Source: Pseudomonas aeruginosa
GTDB taxonomy: Bacteria > Pseudomonadota > Gammaproteobacteria > Pseudomonadales > Pseudomonadaceae
Direction: 5' to 3'
Length of the DNA: 32,000 nucleotides
NCBI RefSeq assembly: GCF_001457615.1
Contig: NZ_LN831024.1
Span: 2,010,001-2,042,000 of the forward strand
Shown: positions 1-11,675 of the stretch, one piece after another
How positions within the stretch are numbered: position 1 is the stretch's first letter
How the letters are laid out: the number at the start of each line of letters is the position of its first letter
Program-made: the position numbers and the translations under genes
Notes under the pieces: model-generated
Seen by the model: only the letters and a program-made list of their open reading frames with translations
The model's database searches: none
What the model was told of the DNA's origin: nothing

Positions 1-11
1 TCGAGAGTGAA

Positions 12-87
12 GGGTGATTAGCTCAGCTGGGAGAGCATCTGCCTTACAAGCAGAGGGTCGGCGGTTCGATCCCGTCATCACCCACCA
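12..87 (+). tRNA. tRNA-Val (anticodon TAC)
   Basis: 76-nt cloverleaf: acceptor GGGTGAT pairs with ATCACCC, anticodon loop CTTACAA, T-arm GGTTCGATCC, encoded CCA end. Confidence 0.93.
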
Positions 88-103
88 ATCTCGCAAGTTA
101 CGC

Positions 104-180
104 GCAGCGGTAGTTCAGTCGGTTAGAATACCGGCCTGTCACGCCGGGGGTCGCGGGTTCGAGTCCCGTCCGCTGCGCCA
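104..180 (+). tRNA. tRNA-Asp (anticodon GTC), copy 1
   Basis: 77 nt: acceptor GCAGCGG/CCGCTGC, D-arm AGTTCAGTCGGTTAGAAT, anticodon loop CTGTCAC, T-arm GGTTCGAGTCC, encoded CCA. Confidence 0.95.
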
Positions 181-294
181 TTCACTTCCCCTCCCGAGTT
201 CACCACCCCGAACTCGCCGTCTTCCACCAGAAGGCGGGCAGCCTGGCTGCAACGAGAGGAAGTCGCTTTACCGGGCATCTTGCCCAGCCGACGC

Positions 295-371
295 GCAGCG
301 GTAGTTCAGTCGGTTAGAATACCGGCCTGTCACGCCGGGGGTCGCGGGTTCGAGTCCCGTCCGCTGCGCCA
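295..371 (+). tRNA. tRNA-Asp (anticodon GTC), copy 2
   Basis: Base-for-base identical to copy 1 over all 77 nt. Confidence 0.95.
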
Positions 372-411
372 TACATCTTCACCACGCCGAGGCGGGGTGA
401 GCCACGAAGAA

Positions 412-433
412 AGCGGCCAATGGCCGCTTTTTT
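412..433. terminator. Rho-independent terminator after the tRNA cluster, probably bidirectional
   Basis: AGCGGCCA / TGGCCGCT inverted repeat followed by a T6 run on the + strand. The GAAGAAA stretch before it gives TTTCTTC on the - strand, downstream of the AraC gene. Confidence 0.75.
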
Positions 434-657
434 CGTTTCCGTCGTCCCCTGCGTCTTCCGCTTTCTCCTTGTTTGCCGGATTTCCTGCTCCGTCGGTCCG
501 CGCGCGGTAATCCCGCTGTCATCTTCCTCGTCTACAGCTGAAAGACACAGACGAACGAAGGTGATCCGCGATGGACGACTACCAGGAAGAACTGCTGGAG
601 CAGCATGCCGCCGAATGCGATCTGCCAGAGCCGGCGGACGATGCCACCGAGATGTGA

Positions 658-1691
658 TCATGCGCTCTGTCGCTGGGCGCGGCGGAATTCGCCGGGCGTC
701 TGCCCGCTCCAGCGCTTGAAGGCGCGCTGGAAGGCTTCCGCCGAGGCGAAGCCGAGCAGGTAGGCGATTTCGCCGAAAGCCAGGTCGGTCTCGCGGATGT
801 AGACCATCGCCAGGTCGCGGCGGGTGTCGTTGAGGATGCTGCGGAACTGGGTGCCTTCCTCGGCCAGCTTGCGCCGCAGGGTCCAGGTCGGCAACTTGAG
901 GCGCGCGGCGATTTCCTCGAGGTCCGGTTCGCGACCATTGAGCATCGGCCCCAGCAGGCGGCTGACGCGCTCGCGCCAACTGCGGGTGCGGGTCAACTGC
1001 TCCAGTTCGCGGTTGCAGAGTTCCAGCATCTGGTTCCAGGTGCTCGGACAGTGCTCGGCATTCGCCAGGGCCAGGCTGGCCTGGCTCAGGCGCAACTGGT
1101 TGGTCGGCGCGCCGAATTCCACCGGGCAGCCGAAGAATGCCTCGTAGCGCTCGGCCCAAGGCGGCGCTGGATATTCGATCTCCACCCGCTCCGCTTTCAA
1201 CGGCTGCCTTGCCAGGGCGCCGAGATGGCTGATCCAGCCTGCCAGCACCGAATCGACGACGAAGCGGTTATAGGCGTTGTAAGGGCTGATCGAATAGAAG
1301 CGCAGCCAGGCGCCGCCGGCGTCTTCCACCAGGCTCGACTGGCCCCGGTAGTTCTGCGCGTAAAGCGGTTCCAGGTGGATCATTGCCCGCGCGGCGGCGC
1401 GCAGGTTGGGCGCCTGGGCGACGCTGACGCCGGCCAGGCCCATCTGTCCGAGACGGCTCAGGCGGCCCATCTGCAGGCCGAGGGCGGGGTCGCCGCTGAG
1501 CTGTATGGCGGCATGGCCGAGGCGCATGTAGCGAGGGATCGACAGGCGCGCCCCGGGTTCGGCCAGGCGCCGCTGGTCGAGGCCGTACTGCTCGAGCAGT
1601 GGTGCGGGCTCGACGCCGGCGGCGAGCAGGGCGTCGGCCAGCGCCTGGACGAAGCCGACCGAGAGGTCGCCGAGGCGAACCCGGGGCGCGC

Positions 1692-1695
<4 letters not shown>
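658..1695 (-). CDS. AraC/XylS-family transcriptional regulator (345 aa)
   Basis: C-terminal double HTH (…IAARLKLPTWTLRRKLAEEGTQFRSILNDTRRDLA…IAYLLGFASAEAFQRAFKRWSGQTPGEFRR) and an N-terminal AraC-type effector domain. Start MSAPRVRLGDL chosen because its ATG overlaps the upstream stop (ATGA at 1692-1695). The longer track ORF to 1794 would overlap the upstream gene. Confidence 0.85.
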
Positions 1696-5064
<3,369 letters not shown>

Positions 5065-5436
5065 GAGCCTTTCCGCGATCTGTTGCGTAGCGGAGAAACT
5101 GCGTTGAAAACGGCTTTTCTCCAGCTCGCACAGGTTCTGCGTATCGCCCCTGTCCGCCCTCGTCGGCGCGGCGGGGGGCTGTGCACCGGTTCGGTGAACG
5201 GTGGCGCTCTGCCACGGTGATCTCCGTCCGCTCAAAACCCGACCGCTTCACAATTTCCCCTACCGCTCGGCGGGCCGTCCGGCATCGCCCGGGTGTCTGC
5301 CAACCCAGTCACATTGCCCGCGACATTTTTTCCCCTAGACTTGCCCGAACAACGAGATAGCGCCTGTTTTTCAGGTGACATGCCAGATGGGTACTGCCGG
5401 ATGCGGGCCGCCTCGCCAGGCGTTCGAGGGTTAGCG

Positions 5437-6840
5437 ATGAGCATGCAGAAAAAGCCACAGATGGCGGAGGCCGTGCTGTTCTTCAACGACAGCGGCGTCT
5501 GCAAGGAAATGCTGTATCCCGAATTCGAGGCGCTGCTCGATGGCCTGGTGCGCATGCCGGAATACGCCGACCGGCAGATGCACCTGGCCTATGTGTTGAT
5601 CAATCCGCGCCTGCAGGCGCGGGCGGCGGTGTTCTTCTATCTCGATTTCGACGAGCAGGGCGGCGCCGACACCGGCTGGAACCTGCCTCTGCGCAACCTC
5701 GCCGAACGCGCCGGACGCGGCCCCGACATGGGCGGCGGGCCGATCCGCCTGGCCTGTCGCAGCCAGTGCCCGGTGTCCTGGCACCAGATGCACCTCTGGG
5801 ACCCGGAGAGCAGCGCCGGACGCAACCATTTCGTGCTCATCCGCGACGCGCTCAGGCGCAACCAGCTGGGCCTGCTGGTGGACGAAGAGCCTGCCGCGGT
5901 GGAGCCGCAGCGGCTGCAGATGGCCGCCGAAGAGCAATGGTACGCCGCCGGTCCCGCCGCCCCGAAGGCACCGCCCGCGGAGCCTCCGCGCAAGCAGGAG
6001 GACGAGCAGGCGGCGCGCCTGGCGCAACTGGTCAAGCAGCAGCGACAACAGCTCGCCGCCCTGGCCCGGCAGCAGGAGCAGCGCCTGGCCGGGCTCGCCC
6101 GGCAGCACGAAGAGGAACTGGCCAGGCGCGAACAGGACGCCCGCGGGCAACTGGACATCCTGCGCAGCGAAGTGCTCAGCCTGCAACAGGCCCTGGAACG
6201 GCAGGCGCGGGAGAACGCCGAATTGCAGCAGCGTCTGCTGGAGCAGGGCGAGCAGTTCCAGCGCAACCGCGAGGAACTGACCCGGCAACTGCGTTTCATC
6301 GAGAACCAGGGGCGCAACGAGACCGACCTGCTGCGCTCGGAGTTCGCCGACGAACTGGAGGCTCGGGTGGCGGCGGCGGTGGCCGGCTACAAGGAGCAGG
6401 TCTCGATCCGCGACGTCGAACTGGCCTACCGCAACGAGCTGGACCAGCAACTGGAGCAGGAACTGGCCGAGCTGCGCGCCGAGCGCGACCGTCTGGCCGC
6501 CCAGGGACCGGAGCAACTGCTGGAGCGTCTATCCGGCCAGGGCGTGGTATTCGTCGCCTACCATCCCGGTGCCGGGCACCTGACCATCCCCTTGCAGGAC
6601 ATCCCGCGTTACCAGGACAATCCGCTGGCCTACGCGGCGGCCAAGTGCTTCGTCTCCGAGAGCCAGTACCGCCAGTGGCTGGACCACTTCCAGCAGCCGC
6701 GCTGCGAGGCGCTGCTGCCCGGCGGCGAACGCTGCAACCTGCCGCTCGACCGGGTCGACAACCCGGCGCGCTTCGTCGCCGGTGACACCAACTGCTGCGC
6801 CCGGCACAAGACCACGGGGCGCCTGCGCACCGTGAGCTGA
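5437..6840 (+). CDS. Uncharacterised protein: unknown N-terminal domain, about 220-aa Q/E/R/L-rich coiled coil, Cys-rich C-terminal domain (467 aa)
   Basis: Long ORF with high third-position G+C. GAGGG RBS before ATGAGCATG at 5437. No family recognised. Confidence 0.7.
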   Translation: MSMQKKPQMAEAVLFFNDSGVCKEMLYPEFEALLDGLVRMPEYADRQMHLAYVLINPRLQARAAVFFYLDFDEQGGADTGWNLPLRNLAERAGRGPDMGGGPIRLACRSQCPVSWHQMHLWDPESSAGRNHFVLIRDALRRNQLGLLVDEEPAAVEPQRLQMAAEEQWYAAGPAAPKAPPAEPPRKQEDEQAARLAQLVKQQRQQLAALARQQEQRLAGLARQHEEELARREQDARGQLDILRSEVLSLQQALERQARENAELQQRLLEQGEQFQRNREELTRQLRFIENQGRNETDLLRSEFADELEARVAAAVAGYKEQVSIRDVELAYRNELDQQLEQELAELRAERDRLAAQGPEQLLERLSGQGVVFVAYHPGAGHLTIPLQDIPRYQDNPLAYAAAKCFVSESQYRQWLDHFQQPRCEALLPGGERCNLPLDRVDNPARFVAGDTNCCARHKTTGRLRTVS

Positions 6841-6844
6841 CTCC

Positions 6845-7777
6845 TTGCCGTTTCCCCACTGGTCACCGCATACACCCTTGCAGCGTCTCGAACTCGACTG
6901 GCTGCAACGGGCCGGGGTCGAACTGGCGCTGCTGCGCCTGGACCAGGCCGATCCGCTGATCTCCGGCAACAAGGGGTTCAAGCTCGCGCCACACCTGGCG
7001 CTGGCCCACGAGCAGGGGCTGGACGGCCTGATCAGCCTCGGCGGCGCCCATTCCAACCACCTGCACGCGCTGGCCGGCGCCGGCGCGCGTTTCGGTTTCC
7101 GTTGCGTCGGCCTGTTGCGCGGACACGAAGTCGATACGCCGACGGTGCGCGACCTGCGCAGTCTCGGCATGGAACTGCACTGGCTCGGCTACGGCGGCTA
7201 TCGCCAGCGGCATGCCGCCGGCTTCTGGCTTCCCTGGCGGGAACGTTACCCAGGCTTGCTGCCGGTCGCCGAGGGCGGTGGCGGGCTGCTGGGCGCGCGC
7301 GGTTGCATCGGGCTGGTGGAGCGCATAGCGACCCAGTTGCCGACGCTCGGCTGGGACGATTACGACGCGATCTGGGTGGCCGCCGGTACCGGTACGACAC
7401 TGGCCGGCCTGGTGCTCGGCGAGGCCGGGCGGCATCCCGTGGTGGGCGCGCTGGCGGTGCCGGAGGACCACGGCGTCGCCGCCCAGGTCGCGGCGACCCT
7501 TGCCGAGGCGGGCTGGGCCGATGCCGGCTATCGCCTGCTGGACGCCAGCCGTGGCGGTTTCGCCCGCCTCGATGGGAAATTGGCGCGGTTCATCGTCGAG
7601 TTCGAGACGGCCAGCGGCGTCGCCCTCGAACCGCTGTACACCGGCAAGCTGCTGCTCGCCCTGCGCGAGGCCGTGGAGAGCGGCGCGGTGGCTCGCGGCA
7701 GCCGGCTGGTGGCGCTGCACAGCGGAGGTCTGCAGGGCCGCCGGGCATTGCAGGAGCGTTTGCTGGCGTTGCTCTGA
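6845..7777 (+). CDS. PLP-dependent enzyme of the ACC deaminase / D-cysteine desulfhydrase family (310 aa)
   Basis: Conserved ISGNKGFKL (PLP-lysine block), GGAHSNH, glycine-rich AAGTGTTLAGL loop, C-terminal LHSGGLQG. Only usable start is TTG at 6845, 4 nt after the previous stop; no strong RBS. Confidence 0.8.
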   Translation: MPFPHWSPHTPLQRLELDWLQRAGVELALLRLDQADPLISGNKGFKLAPHLALAHEQGLDGLISLGGAHSNHLHALAGAGARFGFRCVGLLRGHEVDTPTVRDLRSLGMELHWLGYGGYRQRHAAGFWLPWRERYPGLLPVAEGGGGLLGARGCIGLVERIATQLPTLGWDDYDAIWVAAGTGTTLAGLVLGEAGRHPVVGALAVPEDHGVAAQVAATLAEAGWADAGYRLLDASRGGFARLDGKLARFIVEFETASGVALEPLYTGKLLLALREAVESGAVARGSRLVALHSGGLQGRRALQERLLALL

Positions 7778-8743
7778 TCAGGCATCCGCGGCCTGGCGCG
7801 CGCTACCCCACAGGCTGAGCCCCGGTGGCCAGTCGTCGCTGGCCAGGAACAGGCGCTCGGCCTCTACCCAGTAGCCGTCGCGCGGCACCACCCTTACCAG
7901 CATTTGCGGACGTGCCTCGTCGGCGAAGGCGATGTTCCAGCAGGCGCCGTCGCGCGGTGGGTCGAGCGGGTCCTGCCGCCGCATGGCCGGCGCCAGCCAG
8001 TGCTCGCGCGACAGATGCAGCCAATGCTGCCCGGTCTGCGGTCCGGCCAGGCTGGCCAGGTACGCCGGCCAGTCGCGCTGGCGGAGCCAGCGGCCACGCA
8101 GATGCCGTGGCTCGATGTCGGCGGGCAGGCTGCCCGGCCCGGGCCAGGGATGGAACAGGTAGCCGCTCAGCCACAATGCGGAAACGGCCGATTCGGCGCC
8201 ATGGGCGGCCAGCACCTGGCGACCCTCGCGGGTCGCCGCCAGCGGCAACTGGTGTCGGCAGAGGTGTTCCAGCTTGCGTGACAGGCGGTCCTGGCCGCCG
8301 GGGCCGAGCCAGTCGCCGGGGCCGGACTGGGGCCCCAGGTAGAGTTTGATCGCCAGTTCCAGATGGTGGATGCCGTCGTCGTCCCGCAGCAGCAGGTCGA
8401 GTTCGCCAAGGGTATGCCCGCCGTCGCGCACCGGCAGGTTGGCGGCGATCAGGCGCACGTCCGGGGCTTGTTCCAGGGCGAATTGCCAGAGATGTTCGTA
8501 GTACAGGCCGAGACGCTGCCGTGGCCACTGCGCGAGCCAGGCGGCGAGGTGCTGCGGCTGTCGCTCCTGTTCGCGCAACCAGGCGGCCAGGCGCTCCGGC
8601 TCCTGGCGCCAGCGGCTGGCGGCGAGCGGATGGCGCTGCGGCTCCGGGGTCCGGCGCAGCAACGGCGGGGCGAGCAGGGTCCAGGCCAGGTCGCGGACGG
8701 CCGGGTGGTGCAATTCGTCGAGCAGTTCGGTCAGCAGCGTCAT
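7778..8743 (-). CDS. DUF1853-family protein with a PD-(D/E)XK-nuclease-like core (321 aa)
   Basis: Recognised from GLYYEHLWQFAL…GELDLLLRDDDGIHHLELAIKLYLG. Its stop abuts the stop of the convergent gene (TGATCA at 7775-7780). Confidence 0.75.
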   Translation of the reverse strand: MTLLTELLDELHHPAVRDLAWTLLAPPLLRRTPEPQRHPLAASRWRQEPERLAAWLREQERQPQHLAAWLAQWPRQRLGLYYEHLWQFALEQAPDVRLIAANLPVRDGGHTLGELDLLLRDDDGIHHLELAIKLYLGPQSGPGDWLGPGGQDRLSRKLEHLCRHQLPLAATREGRQVLAAHGAESAVSALWLSGYLFHPWPGPGSLPADIEPRHLRGRWLRQRDWPAYLASLAGPQTGQHWLHLSREHWLAPAMRRQDPLDPPRDGACWNIAFADEARPQMLVRVVPRDGYWVEAERLFLASDDWPPGLSLWGSARQAADA

Positions 8744-8867
8744 ACCCTGAGGTTAGCCGGGTTGCGCCACTCGCGGCGATTTCCCTTACATGCGCGGGTT
8801 TGCCGCTGTCCGCGGCTTTCGCCCATAATCCGCTCTATCCCGCCCGCCAGCTTTTCGCAGGAACCGC

Positions 8868-9755
8868 ATGGAACCCTTTCGCAATATCGGCATCATCGGC
8901 CGCCTCGGCAGCACCCAGGTGCTGGACACCATTCGCCGGCTGAAGAAATTCCTGATCGATCGCCACCTGCATGTGATCCTCGAGGACACCATCGCCGAAG
9001 TCCTGCCCGGACACGGCCTGCAGACCTGCTCGCGGAAGATCATGGGCGAGATCTGCGACCTGGTGGTGGTGGTCGGCGGCGATGGCAGCATGCTCGGCGC
9101 GGCCCGAGCGCTGGCCCGGCACAAGGTGCCGGTGCTGGGGATCAACCGCGGCAGCCTGGGCTTCCTCACCGACATCCGCCCGGATGAACTGGAGGCCAAG
9201 GTCGGCGAGGTGCTGGACGGCCAGTACATCGTCGAGAGCCGCTTCCTCCTCGATGCCCAGGTGCGTCGCGGTATCGACTCGATGGGGCAGGGCGATGCGC
9301 TCAACGACGTGGTCCTGCACCCGGGCAAGTCGACCCGGATGATCGAGTTCGAGCTGTATATCGACGGCCAGTTCGTCTGCAGCCAGAAGGCCGACGGCCT
9401 GATCGTCGCCACGCCCACCGGTTCCACCGCCTACGCGCTGTCCGCCGGCGGTCCGATCATGCATCCGAAGCTGGATGCCATCGTCATCGTGCCGATGTAC
9501 CCGCACATGCTTTCCAGCCGCCCGATCGTGGTGGACGGCAACAGCGAGCTGAAGATCGTCGTGTCGCCGAACATGCAGATCTACCCGCAGGTCTCCTGCG
9601 ACGGGCAGAACCATTTCACCTGCGCCCCCGGCGATACCGTGACGATCAGCAAGAAGCCGCAGAAGCTGCGCCTGATCCACCCCATCGACCACAACTACTA
9701 CGAGATCTGCCGGACCAAGCTCGGCTGGGGCAGCCGCCTGGGCGGAGGCGACTGA
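8868..9755 (+). CDS. nadK: NAD(+) kinase (295 aa)
   Basis: GGDGSMLGAAR and NRGSLGFLTD motifs, full-length similarity to NadK/PpnK, AGGA RBS. Confidence 0.93.
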   Translation: MEPFRNIGIIGRLGSTQVLDTIRRLKKFLIDRHLHVILEDTIAEVLPGHGLQTCSRKIMGEICDLVVVVGGDGSMLGAARALARHKVPVLGINRGSLGFLTDIRPDELEAKVGEVLDGQYIVESRFLLDAQVRRGIDSMGQGDALNDVVLHPGKSTRMIEFELYIDGQFVCSQKADGLIVATPTGSTAYALSAGGPIMHPKLDAIVIVPMYPHMLSSRPIVVDGNSELKIVVSPNMQIYPQVSCDGQNHFTCAPGDTVTISKKPQKLRLIHPIDHNYYEICRTKLGWGSRLGGGD

Positions 9756-10735
9756 TGCAACTCGACCCCGGACGTGGCTACGACCTGATCGGCGATGTCC
9801 ACGGCTGCGCGCATACCCTGGACCGCCTCCTCGACCTGCTCGGCTACCGCCTGCAGGGCGGCGTCTGGCGCCATCCGCGGCGCCAGGCGCTGTTCCTCGG
9901 CGACATCGTCGACCGCGGCCCGCGCATCCGCGAGGCCCTGCACCGGGTGCACGCGATGGTCGACGCCGGCGAGGCGCTGTGCATCATGGGCAACCACGAA
10001 TTCAACGCGCTCGGCTGGAGCACCCCGGCGGCGCCCGGCAGCGGCCGCCAGTACGTCCGCGAGCATACGCCGCGGCATGCCCGGCTGATCAAGGAGACCC
10101 TCGAGCAGTTCGAGGGCCACGATGCCGACTGGCGCGACTTCCTCGGCTGGTTCCAGCAACTGCCGCTGTTCCTCGATGCCGGGCGCTTCCGCATGGTCCA
10201 TGCCTGCTGGGATGGCGAGCTGATCGCGACCCTGCGCCGGCAGTTCCCCGACGGGCGGATCAGCGAAGCCTTCCTGCAGGAGTCGGCGGAGCCCGGCAGC
10301 TTTGCCGACCTGGCCTGCAACCGTCTGCTGCGCGGCACCGACATGCGCCTGCCGCACGGTGCCACCCTGACCAGCAGCGATGGCTATACGCGCGCCTTCT
10401 TCCGCACCAAGTTCTGGGTCGAGGACGAGGCGCCGCGCACCTACGGCGATATCGTCTTCCAGCCCGACGCGTTGCCCGAAGCGATCGCCCGCGAGCCGCT
10501 CAGCGAGGAGCAGAAGTCCAGCCTGCTGACCTACGGCGCCGACGAACCGCTGTTGTTCGTCGGCCACTACTGGCGACGCGGCACGCCGGCGCCGATCCGG
10601 CCGAACCTGGCCTGCCTGGACTACAGCGCGGTGATGTACGGCAAGCTGGCGGCCTATCGCCTGGATGAGGAAACCCGCCTGGACCGGCACAAGTTCGTCT
10701 GGGTCGAAGTGAAGCGGCCGGAGGCTGACGAGTGA
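9755..10735 (+). CDS. Metallophosphoesterase of the PPP / ApaH-PrpA-like family (326 aa)
   Basis: GDVHGC, GDIVDRGP and GNHE motifs in canonical order. The ATG shares its A with the nadK TGA stop (1-nt overlap at 9755). Confidence 0.88.
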   Translation: MQLDPGRGYDLIGDVHGCAHTLDRLLDLLGYRLQGGVWRHPRRQALFLGDIVDRGPRIREALHRVHAMVDAGEALCIMGNHEFNALGWSTPAAPGSGRQYVREHTPRHARLIKETLEQFEGHDADWRDFLGWFQQLPLFLDAGRFRMVHACWDGELIATLRRQFPDGRISEAFLQESAEPGSFADLACNRLLRGTDMRLPHGATLTSSDGYTRAFFRTKFWVEDEAPRTYGDIVFQPDALPEAIAREPLSEEQKSSLLTYGADEPLLFVGHYWRRGTPAPIRPNLACLDYSAVMYGKLAAYRLDEETRLDRHKFVWVEVKRPEADE

Positions 10736-11592
10736 GCGCGGTGCAGGTCCTGAAGTTTCCCCTGTCGGTCGACCTGGCCGGCTTCGTCGGCCTGCTGCGG
10801 CGTCTGAACGTGCCGCACCGGGTCAGCGAGGAGTCCGGCCAGCAGGTCCTCTGGGTGCCCGACGAGCGGCTCGCCGAGCAGGTCCGCGAGTTGTACCGGC
10901 GTTATCCCGAAGGCGATCCGCAGGCGACCCTGGAGGCCGCGCCGCGACCGGCGGGGCAGGGTTTCGTCCGGCAACTGCGGATGAGCCCGATGACCGCCGC
11001 GGTGTTGCTGCTGACCTTCGTCGTCGCCGCTGTCACCTACCTTGGCGACAACTTCGCGACGATGCGCTGGCTGACCTTCCAGGACTTCCGTATCCAGGGC
11101 CAGTACGCGCTGTTCACGCCGTTGGCCGAGAGCCTGGCGGCGGGTCAATGGTGGCGGCTGTTCACGCCGATGCTGATCCACTTCGGCTGGCTGCACCTGG
11201 CGATGAACGCCATGTGGTTCTGGGAACTGGGCCGGCGCATCGAGTTCGGCCAGGGCCGCCCGATGCTGCTCGGCCTGACCCTGCTGTTCGGCCTGGTGTC
11301 CAACGTGGTGCAGTACGCGGTGAGCGGCGCCAGCCTGTTCGGCGGGTTGTCCGGGGTGCTCTATGGCCTGCTCGGGCACTGCTGGATCTTCCAGTACCTG
11401 GCGCCGAACCAGGCCTATCGCCTGCCCAGGGGCGTCGTGGCGATGATGCTGATCTGGCTGCTGGTGTGCCTGTCCGGGGTGATCGACCTGCTCGGCTTCG
11501 GCTCCATCGCCAACGGCGCGCACGTTGGCGGGCTGCTGGTCGGTTGCCTCAGCGGTTTGCTGGGCGGCCTGCTGGCGCGGCGTCGCCGTTGA
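10732..11592 (+). CDS. Rhomboid-family intramembrane serine protease, GlpG-like (286 aa)
   Basis: WWRLFTPMLIHFGWLHLAMN, catalytic GGLSGVLYG (Ser) and AHVGGLLVG (His), GlpG-like cytoplasmic N-domain. GTG start overlaps the upstream stop (GTGA). Confidence 0.88.
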   Translation: MSAVQVLKFPLSVDLAGFVGLLRRLNVPHRVSEESGQQVLWVPDERLAEQVRELYRRYPEGDPQATLEAAPRPAGQGFVRQLRMSPMTAAVLLLTFVVAAVTYLGDNFATMRWLTFQDFRIQGQYALFTPLAESLAAGQWWRLFTPMLIHFGWLHLAMNAMWFWELGRRIEFGQGRPMLLGLTLLFGLVSNVVQYAVSGASLFGGLSGVLYGLLGHCWIFQYLAPNQAYRLPRGVVAMMLIWLLVCLSGVIDLLGFGSIANGAHVGGLLVGCLSGLLGGLLARRRR

Positions 11593-11639
11593 GCGAGGGG
11601 CTGCGGCAGCTTCGATGTGCGCCGCCGGCCCCGGCCCGG

Positions 11640-11645
11640 TAGAAT
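11640..11645 (+). promoter_or_regulatory. Possible -10 element (TAGAAT) for the YeaC-like/DUF2797/pepN unit
   Basis: TAGAAT lies 31-36 nt upstream of the ATG at 11676; no convincing -35 was found. Confidence 0.2.
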
Positions 11646-11675
11646 GGCCGGTACGCCTTTTCACCGGAGCCGGCC

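Larger units (their letters stand above)
100..372 (+). repeat. Tandem direct duplication of an 82-bp unit (100-181 and 291-372) carrying tRNA-Asp, separated by a 109-bp unique spacer (182-290; 114 bp between the two tRNA genes themselves)
   Basis: Identity starts 4 nt upstream of each tRNA (ACGC) and ends 1 nt past the CCA; flanks diverge after that. Confidence 0.9.

Noticed and set aside
14-510. 96-aa and 76-aa ORFs over the tRNA cluster
   Set aside because: They are read straight through tRNA genes and their repeat. The tRNA cloverleaves explain the sequence.
5065-5436. Hairpin GGAGAAA…TTTCTCC (about 5091-5124), repeated TGCGT(A/T) motifs, and TTGCCCG direct repeats (5314-20, 5341-47) downstream of fadH
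   Set aside because: No T tract follows the hairpin, and the repeats are short enough to occur by chance. I cannot support a terminator or operator call without conservation data.
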